In this document: one piece after another, positions 25,163 through 38,700 of the stretch | Numbering within the stretch: position 1 is the first letter of the stretch | Layout: each line of letters starts with the position of its first letter | Assembly (NCBI RefSeq): GCF_036321535.1 | Contig: NC_087437.1 | Span: 19,656,001-19,720,000 of the forward strand | Length of the DNA stretch: 64,000 bases | Origin: Camelus dromedarius | Lineage: Eukaryota | Reading direction: 5' to 3' | Translations under genes and position numbers: made by a program | Notes under the pieces: model-generated | What the model was told of the DNA's origin: nothing | The model's database searches: none | What the model saw: the letters and a program-made list of their open reading frames with translations, nothing else

Positions 25163-28100
25163 CCTCCAGAACACAGCACCTTCCTGCCTTCCCAGAAACC
25201 TTGGAACCACCTTTGAGTCTTCCTTTCTGCCCAGGACAACATGACCAGGGCTCTGGTTCTTTTGGTTCCTGTGGTTGAACTGGAGGCTGCCTATGGTCTT
25301 TTCTAGATCCCAACCCTCAACTACCTCTCAGGTGTCTTCAGGTCTGTAAGAACCTGCTCCAGCTTTCTGGAATCACCAGCTGTGGGGACAGTGTTTGACA
25401 CTCAGCTGCCTCTCCTCTGTGCTGGAACTAGTCCTGGGCAGAGCAGGGACTACCGGTGCTGACCGCCCATCGTTGCACCAAGGCCTTAGGGCCAGGCTGC
25501 CCCTGCAGGGCCCTCCCTTCTGTGTGGTCATCTCCAAGGAATGCACTGCAGCCAGTCATCTTGTGCTGGAAAGCCTGCTAGATGGCTTCTGTCCTGGAGA
25601 TATTTGTCCTTCCTCCCAGGGCAAGGATGCAGAGAGCCTGGTGTGAAATCTATAAATCATGAAGTCATTTTCTGGTTTCCACCTCTTTTAATTTTATTTG
25701 CAGAAATTGGCAGACTTCATGTGAACAGAATGATATTTCAGTCCTTCATGCAGAGATAAAGCTGTACCCGCCGAATGTGGCGTGAAGTGCCCTCCTCCCC
25801 AGTCTACATTTCCAGTGGGTTCTTCCCCTCCTGGAGGTCCTTGATCCTTGAGGGCAGGAAGGAACCAAGTCGTTCAGCTGTGAGTGATCGTATCTTCCTC
25901 TGAACCCCCAGACCACTTGCCCTCTAAGCTGTGATTCCACTGGCAAGGGAGGCGTGTTTGGGGGTGTCTGTCCACCTCACAATTGCCTCATTTTTGACCA
26001 AGTTGCCACCCCACTGCCACAAGGGAGGAGGCCTGGTTACACCACGTGGCCTGTCTCCACGAGACCTCCCCACCGCTGACTGGACCAGGCCTGACATTTG
26101 ACCCAAGTCAGGTCCCCTGGGCTTTCTGTTCTGGGAATCCTGCTTTGGGCCTGAAAGGCATTGATTTCAAGCAGTGTTTTGGTGGGGGTGGCTGGATCCC
26201 AGGCACATGGGGCTGCCGTGTGACCTGGGCTACACAATAGAGCAATGAGGGCTGGTCTTTTGCGCCAGCCCTTGGGGAGGCCCAGCCGCTCTGCCCTTTC
26301 CCGGGTCCCTGGGTCACATCTGTATCCTTATCATGAACATTCCCCTGGCTAACATCTGTAACTAGTCTGGCTAATTTGCGTAGGTTTCCGTTACATGAGT
26401 CTGATTTGATTTAATACTTGTGCTGTTGATCACGTTACCTGATTTCCTCTGAGTGTCAAGCTTCTGGAGGGCAGGAATCTGACTCTACACAACTTTGTAC
26501 TCACACAGCGCCCGATGCAGTGTGACGTGGGCAGTAGGGATTCAATTCCAAATTTGTCAAATAAATGGACTCGTCCCACTGGAAGATCTACCCACACGAC
26601 CTTATTGATGTGATCTATGAAAGAGAACCACGTGCATCAATAATATTTTTCAAGAAACAGTGATTATTCTGAAAGGGGTTTAGTATTTAAATAATAGTTA
26701 CTTAAGAAAGTTATCATTTCATGGACCTTCAGGCAGCCACATCTTGTAAGTAATAGTTTTGGTTAGAATCCTCTGCTCCCGAGCCTTCCCTGGTCCCCAT
26801 TACCTGCTGCATTATATTCACAGTCCTGGAGCTGCACTCAGACCCCTCAGGCTATGGTCCGAGGTTCCCGTCCACTCTCTGTCCTACCTCGCACTGCAGT
26901 CACATCAGACCTCTCCCCAACCCCTCCTCTCCTCTTTGTGCTCCGACTTCTTTTACAGCTTACAATGCTCTCCCCTCATCTACTCTCAGAAATCTTAGCT
27001 TTTTCTTAGAGACCAGTTTAGAATCTCACACTTCTTTTTAATTCAGCCTGCTCTCTCTTCCTCCAGAGCTTCTCAGAGCAGTGGGCAAAGGGCCACGGCA
27101 GGGAGGGAAATACACAGGAGCATGAGCTCAAAGAACCAAGGGACAAGGGGTGATTCAGACCACAAATAAAACATTCCATTAATTAAATAATTTCAATAAA
27201 CTCTTCCTGAGTACTTATAATTTGCAAGCATGTGCCAATTCCTAAGGTTTTCCTTAATATCTATGTGGACCCTTCCCTAAAACTAGACATGGAGAATTGG
27301 TATTTCCTCAATCCTCTGTAAAAGGATGGGGAATTAGAGCTTCAAGTAGCTTTTGCTCACCAGAGAAGCCCCTTAACCCATTCTTGTAGAGGCTTCTGGA
27401 GCCTTCAGTAAATAAGAGCTTTGATAGTGTAAGCCCTGGAGACCGTGGGAACCCAGAGCAGACTCCTAAGCTTAAGAATATCATGGAGGACTTCCTGGAA
27501 GAGGTAAAAATGAGTTAAGTTTGCAAATGATGGTCGAGTTTGTTTCCTGGCAACCCATCTTAAGCTGCCTTTCTAGTCTTCTGACCTCACCTTTCCTCTC
27601 TTCACAGACTTGGAGAGGTGACTGAAGTTTGGATGGTTCTCCTGCAGACCCTTTAGATAGACCAAAAGTACCCCAGTGACACTTGCATGAATAATTAACC
27701 CTTCTGTACTATGTTCACTAAAGAGCAGCCTTGTCTCCTCATTTATTTCTGATGCTAATTCAGACTTTCAACAACTAAGTCTGCTGAAGGTGAGGGGCCA
27801 CCAGACACAGAGTGATGGCTGGTCAGGATCTGCATTTGCTGTTTTCTCTATTCAGCACCTTAACGCAGCTGGCAAAAATCCATACTGTGCGGCTCATGCC
27901 TGCTGCACAAGTCCCTTTGGGTCATAGAAAGCTCTGTAATATTCATTTTTTAGAAATCGAAGTTTTTCCTTCAGGTAACACATCAAGATTTACAGTACCT
28001 TGGACAAAATTAGGCACTGGATTAGGAATTCAGTGCATGACAATCTATCTTCCTTCCAGAGAGATATTCTTGCACAAATCAGAAAATCATAGCCAGGTTG

Positions 28101-28699
28101 TATAATCAACATTTCATTCCAGAAAGCATATTATAGATGGAATGATAAAGCCTATTTGAAACTGTGGATGGCATTTCCTGAGGTTTCCAAATAACTACCC
28201 TTTCTGGGAACCCTGGTGGTTTTCCCAAACATATTTGAGAATTTCCTAGTCGGCTCTGTTCCTCATAATGGAACTGATACAGCCAAGGTCATGGGTTCAT
28301 TTCAACAAGGGGCAGTCTTCTTCACTTTTGACAGCTATATTTTCCATCTCTGGACATGCTCCAGTGAATCTATTCCATGTTAAAGAACAAAAATAAACCT
28401 ATTAACTCCACATCCCATTCTTGCTCATACTTCTCAAATCCTATATAGCCAAGAGGAAGAAATAATCTGCGTCATGTTTATCATAATCACACACCTACTG
28501 TTTGTCAAACCACTGTTTTACCGAATTTTACTTAATCAAAACAACTACATACAATTAGTATTAATTCCCCTATTTCCAGGTTTAAAAATGGAGGTTCAGA
28601 GAGGTCAAGAAAGTTGTTCAAGGTGCCACAGCTTGGACGTGACTGAGGGGCAGGGAAGGGAGGAATTTCCCTACCTCTCCCCACCTCCGCTCCCGCCCA

Positions 28700-31060
28700 T
28701 GACAGCCCAGCCTCCTCCTCCCTGGAGCCACCGCAGTGGCTCTCTACCCGGGCACCAGTGACTGTTGCTAAACGCAATGGAAAGTTTTCTCTCCTTACCT
28801 CGGCTGACCTCTGTGCAGCGTGTGCCACAGGCATCTTCTCCCAGCTTCCGCGGCAGCACGGCTTGTGAGTTTTCCTCCAGCTCCTCTGGAGGCTCCTTCC
28901 ATCTCCTGCGTGACTTTCCTAATCCCTGCTGTCTCTCAGTGTTGGCGTTGCTGGGAATTTTGAGCCAGGTCGTCTTTTCTTCTTGCTGTGTCCCCACCCC
29001 TGGATGGTCTCAGGCATTCCCATGGCTTCAACAACCATCTGCCGGCTGCCAATTCCCAAGTCTGTACCTCTAGCCTGGCACTCTCTTTTCTGTCTCTGAT
29101 CTGTAATGCCCACCACCCCCTGGACATCAGTGTGTCCTCGATATTCTGCTGGCTTCTCAAGTTCAGCACACCCTCAAGAGGACTTGTGACACAGCCGTCC
29201 AAAGGGACAATCAGGATTAATCCATCAGGTCTTCCATCACTGTGGTCCCCATTAACTGGGTCCCTTTTCCCATCCACACAGCCCTGGGTGGCCCACTCCT
29301 CATTGGCCAATACCCTCCACATGTCCCTTGAGCCTCTGGAAAGACCTCTTCTCTGAATGATCCCTTCGCCTCCTGACTTGCACACCTGACTTCCTCCCAG
29401 AGACTTGGCTTCCTTGGCAGCCTTCTCAAGTGGAGGCTGTTTCCTCCTTCAGAGCCCAGACTTGAGGTAGGTGTCCTCCCTGCTCCTGCCTGCCATGTCC
29501 CAACAAGCCTTTCTTCCTTCTTCTGGTTCGCCTTGCCTATCATTGGACTGTATGCGGTTCAGCCCTGTTTTTTCTGCAATTATATACTGTCCTTGTACTC
29601 ACTCTTCTTCAGGTATCAATCATCAAAGATTTTTATACCTGATTCACTGTATTTCTCTCCTGCCCTACTCCTGCCATCATTTTTTGCGATCACTTTGGCA
29701 TTCATGGAATGAGGTGTCCAACTCCTTGACCTCTCAATTGCTTAACTGCCTCACCTCCAGTGAGATCTCCCTCCATTCCACCTCATGTTCCCCTCCCATG
29801 GACACACCGAAGACTTCTCGTTGGTAATTACTGTAACTTCAAAGTCTTAACCTAAAGCATAGCAAACTCTGACCCTTGTCAGCTTTCTAATCTGTTTCTT
29901 TCAGTGCCTTCACTCCAGCAATTCTTTGACTCCCTGGGGTCCTTACAATGAGCTCAGACACATTTTCACTACTCTTCACCCCTGTTTCCCTTATTTTCAA
30001 ACTTAAATTTCATCACGATTTACTCTTGAATACACCCTTCCTTCTCTTTCTTCTCAATGCATGTTCTTGAAAAAACCCTGAATCCGGTTGATTAAAGCCA
30101 ACTTTCCATCCATTCTACAGCTGCATCTAAGAAGCTAAATACGGCTGGGGAAAAACATCAGATCTCATTTTGAATTTACCATCACAGTTCTCAGGTGGGT
30201 CCCCAGATCTAGACAATGTTTCACACTTGTCCTCTTTCCTCAAAAGCGTCTTCTTATCCTTAGCTTGTAATCTTGCTTCTACCTTCACTGATAAAATAGA
30301 ATAAATGAGAAGAAAGTGGCTTCAGTTTCCCACCAAGTATCCACCCACTAATCTTTTGCCTGCAAATGCTCTGCCTTCCCCTTTCTGACAACAGAGGCAC
30401 TCCTCTTGCGCCTGTCTAAAGCCAACCATTCCACCAGTACATGAATTTTTCTCCTAGACCTTTCCACTCTCTTTCTTGAAATATCAAAATCCCCTTCCCT
30501 ATTGACTCATTCTCATCAGCATGCAAGCGTGCTGCAATCTTAATAACAAAACCTTCCTTGACCCCGTATTCCTCTCTACCGCTCTGCAGCAAAGCTCTTT
30601 GGAAGAGTATATAGTAACTCACTGTCTTTGCTACCTCACCACCCATTTTTTTTGAGTCCACCTAAAATAGCTTTTGTCTTCACCACTTTCCAAATCCCAC
30701 TCTTGATGAGATCCATGACCTCTGTGTTGCCAAATCCAGTAACTAATCTCAGTCTTGATGTTCATCTCTTAGCAGCATTTGCACTGTCAATCACTCTCTC
30801 TTTCTTGAAGCCCTAGGACACGGTGCTACTCAGCCACCACCCCCCTTTCCACCTGGCTAACTCATACATGAGGTCTCAGTCCAGATATTTCCATCTGTAA
30901 GAGGCTAGCGATGATTTTCTTGTTCTGGCTTAACTGCCCCCTCCTGCCAGTGTTTACCCTAATTCTTCTACCTTTGCTTATCATTTCCCATTTAAATTAT
31001 CTGCTTCCTCACCAGACTTTGAGCTCCCTGAGGAAGGGACCTCATTCTCAAAACTCCTAG
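28700..31060 (+). mobile_element. L2 fragments including ORF2-derived remnants
   Basis: C/T-rich L2 motifs (TCCCATGGCTTCAACAACCATCT, ATGACCTCTGTGTTGCCAAATCCAGT, CAGCATTTGCACTGT, GAGCTCCCTGAGG). Confidence 0.7.
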
Positions 31061-32020
31061 AAGAACACGTTTTTAATCCTCTGACCATGGAATAACTCTC
31101 CAGTTTCTTGATGTGCACTAGATGTGCAGTTAATTGGATGGAGCACACATGGTACACACATATTTCTAAGTGTATCTGGGAATTAGTTCTTTTGATCTTT
31201 ATAATCAGGCTGTAGGATTGTATGGTCTTCAATATTATTTTGCAGTTCTAAAATGCTAGGAAGGACTCTCTGGAGTATTGAGCTGGATGGGGCCAGAGTG
31301 TCACTCATCTGAACAAAAGGGCTGAAGATGCTGGAGGATTCTGAGACCATCCCTACCCAGTCTAAGATAGCCTAGCAAGGGGCTTAACTTTCTATTCTTC
31401 CATCCTGTTTAAGAACCATGTAGACACTGTCTAAAAGAGAAGTTATGGAACTGTTTTCTTTGGGGGCTGTCTAATATTCATGGTCCACCCCAGCTGCTCA
31501 GAATAATGGAGAAGACAAGATAAAACAATTAAATGGTGCCACTCCCCAAAGGCTCCTTGCTCCAGTTTATAATCCCGGTCCTGTCACATTACAGCAGATA
31601 ATTCTTCCTACAGCAACTTCCTGCTTGGTGTGTTAATGAGTTTTTATGCCTAGAAACGGATGCTACTCCAGACCTTGCTGACTATTGGGGGGAGGCAAGG
31701 GCTGAGCCGTTGTCTGGCATCTGGATGAAACTTACAACAAGGAAACAAACTTAGTCATGTGTTTTTAAGAGAAATCAGTTCATCTATTCTGGATCCTTAG
31801 TCCACGCTGGGTACTGTGCCAGGTAGTGGTGATATAAAGGTGGACAGAATGCAGTCTCTGGCTTTAAGGAGCTCACCATCTGGAGGAGGAGGCAGCAAGG
31901 ACAGCAGTGTGGGATGTGACGTGGTGGAGGGAAGGAAGACCCTGCGTGGGAGTTCAGAGAATAGACACTATCTGCCTGAGGCATCAGAGAAGATTTCTGG
32001 AAGGATTCTGAAGGAGGTGA

Positions 32021-32496
32021 TTTTTTTTTATGAGGTAATAATAGGTTTACAATTTTTTTTATATTTTAATTGAAGTATAGTTGCTGTGCAGTATTATATA
32101 AATTGCAGATGTACAGTATAGTGATTTGCAACTTTCAAAGGTTATACTCCATTTATAATTATCATAAAATATTAACTATATTTCCCATGTTGTACAATAT
32201 ATTCTTGTAGTTTATTTTACACCTAATAATTTGTACCTCTTACTCCCCAACCCCTATTTTGTGCCACCTTCCCTCTCCCCACTGGTAACCACTAGTTTGT
32301 TCTGTGTATCTGTGAGTCTGTTTCTTTTTTGTTAAAGTCACTAGTTTATTGTATTTTTTAGATTACACATATAAGTGAGATCATATTTGTCTTTGTCTGA
32401 CTTATTTCACTTGGCATAATACCCTTCAAGTCCATCCATGTTGCTGCAAATGGCAAAATTTCTTTTTTATAGCTGAGTAGTACTCCATTGTGTGTG

Positions 32497-32529
<33 letters not shown>

Positions 32530-32538
32530 ATCACATTA
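32021..32538 (-). mobile_element. 5'-truncated L1 3' end with (TG)n at 32503-32529
   Basis: TTGAAGTATAGTTG...TTAGATTACACATATAAGTGAGATCATA...GCTGAGTAGTACTCCATTG. Degenerate TSD AAGGAGG(T/G)GA. Confidence 0.85.
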
Positions 32539-33339
32539 AAGGAGGGGAATTTTAAGTTGAGTCCTAAATAATGAGTAGTAATTAGTCTGCTCACAAAAAG
32601 TGGGAGGGGGTTTGATGAAAGGGCATGAGGGGTGGAGGAAAAGAGTGAAAGCATGTGTAGAAGTGCAATATGAGGAAGGGTGGCACTGGAGACCCACAGC
32701 TCATGTGCATTCCCCTGGGAACAGTTGTGGGCTTGGAGAGGGAGAAGGGTGGGGAGTGGCGGCACAGGGGCCACAGCATGAAGGCCTTGCAGGAGGTGAG
32801 GAATTCTCTGGCATCTGAGAGCCTTCCCATTGCTGGAATTCTAAGACACTCTAGTGCTTGGCAATGTTGGGGGCTGGGGCACTTCCCAGTGGAATGGAAG
32901 GACTAAAGATACTGAAGTATTCTGAAACTATCTCTCCCTGTTCTGAAATATCCAGGTAGCTGATTACACGTGTTCCTTTTTTTGCTGAGTTGTTTGAAAA
33001 CCATGTAGACACTATATGGACAGTTATTAAACCACCCTGCTGAAGGGATATGCTTGCATCGTAAGGCAACGGGGAGCTACCTAAGGTGATTAAGCAAGGA
33101 AGTAAACTGGTTTGCATAGTCTTTCAGAAAAGTCAGTCTGCAGGGACAGAGAAGAGGAGGATGTATTTGAGGGTAGGGGTGGGAGGCAAGAGGACCAGAG
33201 AAGAGGGAGTTTTCATAGGTCATCTGCAAGTAATAGAAAAGTCAGGATGCCCTCACTTTGCTGCGGGCGGCCACAGCTGGGGCCAGGGCAGGATGGCAGA
33301 GGGTGAGGTTTGCCTCAGGAGTCCTGAGAGGAGCAGACT

Positions 33340-34052
33340 TCAACCCTTCCCACTAGGGTCCTCTGTCTGCCCAGCCACCCCCTTCAGCCCTCATCTTCGT
33401 GGTCACCTCACCCTACTTCCTGACTGCCTTATCTCTGATCCTGTAAGCCAGCCCAGTCCAACTTACCCCAGACCCAAGCTCCTTCCCTTCCCATCCCAAA
33501 CCTGCCCTTCTCCTGGTAGACACTGGCAACACCATCCACTCAGCTTCCCACACTAAAAGCCAGGTCTGGGTCTCCCCCTCCACAGCCTATATCTAAACAA
33601 CCTCTGAGTTGGGTCAATTTTACTTCCTAAATATTTCTGGGCTCCACAGCCATCAGTCCAGTTCTCGTTACCACTGACCTGGATTATTTGGCTTTGTATG
33701 TTGGGATCTTGTCAATAATACCTTTCTGAAGGGCCCTTCTGATTCTCCATATTTCTCTACAGCGAGTTAGTTCTATTCCCGTTTTAAGGCAAACTGGGAA
33801 TGAACCCTCTGAGAAGCCTGGCTCAACCTCAGGCTGGGTCAGGGGACCTTCCTTCACGTCCCAACCCCTTCCCGACTTCCATTCTCATAGCATTTGCCAC
33901 CTGCACCGTAACTGTCTTCTCTTCCCTCACGTCTTCAGTATCCCCTCGGGACGGTGATTCTGGTGGGTTTGCTTCTGTGAGGCCCAAAGGACAAGGCTTG
34001 GCACAGTCTCGGTAGACACTTCGTGGATGTTTGCTGAAGAAATGAACGAAAC
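33340..34052 (+). mobile_element. L2 3' fragments
   Basis: CAATTTTACTTCCTAAATATTTC...ACCTGGATTATT, and 3' terminus GCTTGGCACAGTCTCGGTAGACACTT...TGTTTGCTGAAGAAATGAACGAA. Confidence 0.6.
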
Positions 34053-35685
34053 AATAGGCCACGTGAACCTGGCCCTGCACATACTTGATTTGAATGATGC
34101 CCTTGGTCCTCATGGCATCCCTGTCTGGGATGCATTATCAGTCTTCTCCTCCTCTAGAGGCGAGGCAATGAGGGTTTAGAAGTTTAAGCGTCAGAGCCAG
34201 AATTTAATCCCAAGCACGTATACCCTGGAGCTTGTGTTCTTTGTCATTAATGCAGTTGCCCACTACCACGGGGAAGAGAGCCGGGATCCCCAGGGCCACT
34301 GTCCCACGGTTGCTCTCTGGAAATAAAACATGGGTGAACGGGTGGGCTCAGGGGCTTTCCCTGCTTGGCCTTCAAAAGTTAGGAGCCAGCTGAGTGCACT
34401 TCTAACAACTCCCCCCCACCCCCCGCTCCCCAACCTCCCCACCCGCTGTCTGCCCCTACCCCACCTAACCCCCGGGCTACCAGCAGGACTCCTCCTCAGA
34501 CCCAGTCCAGCCACATCTCACCTCTCCCTTTCCCTCTGCCTCTGGACTCAGGGTGGGGCACTGAACTGCTCTCTCCTTTGATGCTGCCTCCCACAAGTTC
34601 CTCTGATGTCACTTGCTGGCGACTCTGGGTGAAGAATGTGGAAACGAACCCTAAAGACTGATACATCCCAGAGGCTGACCTTGCTGAGTTCAGAGACATC
34701 TCCCCACAGCCTGGCCCACCCTTCTCTCAAGCTGGAGCCATCCATCCACCTGGACCCTGGGACAGGGGAGGGGGAGGCACTTCTCCATCTTTTATCCTGC
34801 GCACAGCTTAGCCTAGCTCAGGCCTGGGGCACAGCAAGAAGCTTGATAAATACTTGCTGAATTCAATTGAAAACCATCCTGCAAGCAGGGAACCTGTGAT
34901 TTGTTGCCCAGCCTGCTGGGGGATGTTCCAGCCATTCTCAGAAGGGGTGTTTTGTGTAAGAGGTCCACTGCTTCTGCCTCCCAGAGTCCAGGGAGGGTAA
35001 GCTCCCCACGAGACCCAGAAGATTAATACAAGAAAAAAAATCATCAGAATACCTTTATTTTCCCCATTGAAGCCATTTTCACAGGTGGCACTCTCTTCAG
35101 AAGCAGGATTGAGTCATGTTTATTTCCACATCAGTGAATCAAATCTCAGTTTTTATAAGGTTTGTGTATCCTGGAAAAAAACTGTGTGTGTGTGTGTGTG
35201 TGCATGTTTGCATGCTGAGTATTTCGAGGCTAAAGGGATTAACTTCTCTGGGAGAACACAATTCTTTGGGAGTTTTTTGTGGATATAAGTCTAAGACTGC
35301 AAGATCTGAGATGTGATGCTCTCTTCAGTACCTGATCAATGGTCATCTTGCTACTTCCTAGAACAGACACTAGTAATTCTGTCTCCTTAATTTTAAATTT
35401 CTTTTGAAAAGCAATAAGAGGAATAAGATTTGCAAGAAGAGGAAAGATTTCCAATATATGTCATCTTTAGCTTCCTTTGGAGTGAACTGCATTAGCCATA
35501 ACTGGCATCTTCAGGTAGAGGAGGAGGCCAGCTGTCCCCACTGCTGATCTGTGGACTTTCCACACTGCCAGTGGCATGGGTAGAGCACTGGGCACTAGGG
35601 CAGTCAGGACTCCACAGTTGGGAGGGCAGAGAGCCTAGACCTTGGCAAAGAACGTGGCAAGAGAGTACTCTGCCAGACCAGGCCA

Positions 35686-35727
35686 GGAGGCATTTGGCAA
35701 ATGGAGGCATTTGGCAAATGGAGGCAT
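35686..35727. repeat. 17-bp tandem repeat GGAGGCATTTGGCAAAT x about 2.5
   Basis: Two exact copies at 35686-35702 and 35703-35719, plus a partial GGAGGCAT. Confidence 0.9.
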
Positions 35728-38700
35728 CCAATGGCCTGCAAAGCACATCACAGTCAGAGGACAGAGGCACATTGTGGGTTCCAAACTGCCTACCACCAAG
35801 GGCTTGGGTGGAAATGGCCAAACCAGGCACTCCTCAAGCATGGCCAGCATCTAACCAGTTTAATTTGGAGATCTCTGTCCACAGCTTGTCCAGAATTCCC
35901 ATCTCTTTTTGTGAGTTACCTGTTTTTACAGGATATGTGCCCTGTTCTGTGAAACCCACCAGACCACGTACCAAAAGTATTTCTTTTCAGAAGTCCATTT
36001 TCATTTCCCTCAACAGCAGTCCAATTTTATTCTGATTGAAAGTGAAAATTCTGTGCCTCTCTCCAGTGCATTTTTCATTCATGGAAGTGTATTTTCCTCT
36101 TTTAGTCTTTGGATAGGTGTGAGATTTGGAGTTTTCTCACCAGCTGGGGCCATCTCCGCTCTAGCAGGAGTAGATGTGATCTGGAGAGAGGGGTCTTGGC
36201 ATGAATAAATCAAGTCGCTTCATGGATTTTCTCAATACCCGCTCCATCCATCTCAACAGCACCTGGAGAAGCTTCCACCTTCCCCCCGCAGATTTCATCT
36301 TTCCTGTGCAAAAATCCCAGGTAGAAATAAACTGAGAGTTTCAGCAGAATTGCAATGAGATGTCTGAAAACAATGTGCCGCTTTGGATATTTCCAGATTT
36401 ATAAGACCATTTGTTTTCCTAAGACCCCACTTTACAGTTGGATCAGATGAAGTTGGAGAGGCTGTGCTTTGCAGGGATAATCCGGAATTGGAATCTCAAT
36501 GCCTCGCTGTGAATTCTTGGACTGAAAACCCGACTGGCAGGAGGAGATCTAGGATCTGTATACAGGGAGCCACATCTGACGTGCCTTTGTTCCTGCTCTG
36601 ATAGCAGCAGCGTCCCTCTGAATGGCATGCGGCTGCTGTCCTTGGTGTTTTAAGAAACTGTCTGTCTTGGGCTCTAGTTAATCATTATTTCCCCACAATT
36701 TAATTAAAACTGGCAGGCAGAGATGATCTCCTTTTTCATAGCCTTGATTACATGTTGAGCCTGATTCCAGGACATTAGCCCCTGGGGTATGGAATCTTGG
36801 AGTCTGGAAGGAATGTATCTTCTGAGTCAGCCTGGGCAGCAATAGGTCCAGCCCCAGATTCTCTATCTGAGTAGTTTGTTTGGTTTTGCCTCTAAAACCT
36901 TATCTGGGGACTCAGCTAGTTCTCTGTTCTTCCAAGAGTCCTGTCTATCCTGGAAGCCTCTCTTCTATGAACTCGTGACAGCAACACAGCACACAGCTGT
37001 GAAAACACAACAGGGGGATCTGCGGGACTTGGGAAATCTCTTTGTCCCTTGGAAAGTGACAAGGTGGAGACTAAATCAGGAACATGCCTACACTTGCTCC
37101 TTGATCTGAGAGGGACAAATTAGGCGTCAGAGAGAGGTTGGCTTTTTAGAACAGTTCTCCACACCTGTGTCTTGGGGAGTCCCCAACAGTTGTCTCAAAT
37201 ACCCTTTAAGATATATTTGGAAGAGAGATTTTCACCAGCCCCATCTGTCCTGCTTCGTGATCACCCACTGAGCAACTTACTCCAACGCCCTCCTGGTCCT
37301 CCTGCTTCCTGGGGAACTGCAGACTCCTGGTGAGAAACAGAGAGTCCCTCTGCCACCCTGCACTGACCCAAAGTCAGCTGCCCAGGCAAAGCGGAACCTG
37401 CTGACTCTCTTAATGAACTTAATAACTGGGATCTGTCCCATGGGCCTGGCTGGGGAGGGGCTGGGTCCAGAAGCCCTGATTCCTGTCTTCAGATGTTCAG
37501 TGTCTCCGTGGGGACTCCTGGCGAGTCTCTACTGCCATCACCACGGTGGCCTCCCCTTCTAAATCCTAATGACTTGCAGCTTTTTGCTTATTTTCCTGTG
37601 GGCAGCACATGGCAACAGGCAGGAATATTTAACCCAGACTCCACTGCAAGCTCCCAGATAACGCTAGGGAATTACACATGGTAACTGGCAGCTCCATCCA
37701 GCGGAGGTCCTATGGGAGGCCTCCTGGGCCACCTCCCATAGCCAGAGGCCAACTCCACCTACCGCTCTGGCCAGCACATCCAGACCCCTCAACTTCAGAC
37801 CCTTCTAGGAATGCTGCCCCTCTTCAGTCCCAAGTCCTCCTTCCAAGATACAGTATCTTGTCAGGTGACCATCTGCTTCCAGGGATGATGCCCCTCACTC
37901 CCCTTCTCAGATTTCCAGGCTCTCAAACTTCATTATCAAAATCTAACACATGTTCCCAGCCGCTCCTGCAATACTGAGTGGTAGAAGGTGGGAGGTGGGG
38001 GGAGGGTGAAATCAGCACATTTCCTTCTAGAAGCAGGAAGCAGCAAGCGGTAGACGTAAGTGGAGGTGGTAAGATTTGGGATACCAGCAAATCTCTATTC
38101 CCCTCCCTCCTCAATGGCCAAATTATCTCATGCCAACATCCTTTGGGGAGTGCCTGTTCAAAGGTTGGAAGACCTCTGTTAAAGGCAACTTATTTCCCCA
38201 GAGATGTAACATATTTAATCCTCAGCAAAGCTTTCCTGTCCTACACTCTTTTGTCATTGTCTATTCTCAGCTGCCTCCCCTTCATGATGTGAGAGCCTTT
38301 GAGGAAGCTCTTACAGGCTCTCAATAAACACTACCTAAGGGCGCCGTGACCAGCAGGGATGGTTCTCTGATTATCCTGTCTGGGACCTGTGGCCTGGAAT
38401 GGAGGCAAGATTAGACCATAAGGATGTTTAACAATTCAACTTTAATAACTTATATTGTAGATACCATAGCATCAAATGAAAATAAAAATGTCTTGAGTGC
38501 CAACTGTGTGTCTGGCCCGTGCTAGAGGCTGAGGATAAAGATGAAAAGACTTGGCTCCTGGCTTCAGGGGGCTCGTAGCACCAAAGGTTGGAAGCCAATC
38601 CTGGTTTCTGTCATAATCACTTCTGTGCTTTGCTTTGCAGTTTTACCACACTTGAATCCATTCATAAGACATATAACTTCCTTTTGCCTAGGCTTGAAAA

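Noticed and set aside
27851..27871. TTCAGCACC RE1 left half-site
   Set aside because: No GGACAG right half at canonical spacing, and an isolated half-site is expected by chance.
28474..33556. Cluster of 100-156 aa ORFs on both strands (28.5-29.8 kb and 33086-33556)
   Set aside because: They overlap L2 remnants, and I see no splice structure or recognisable host protein.
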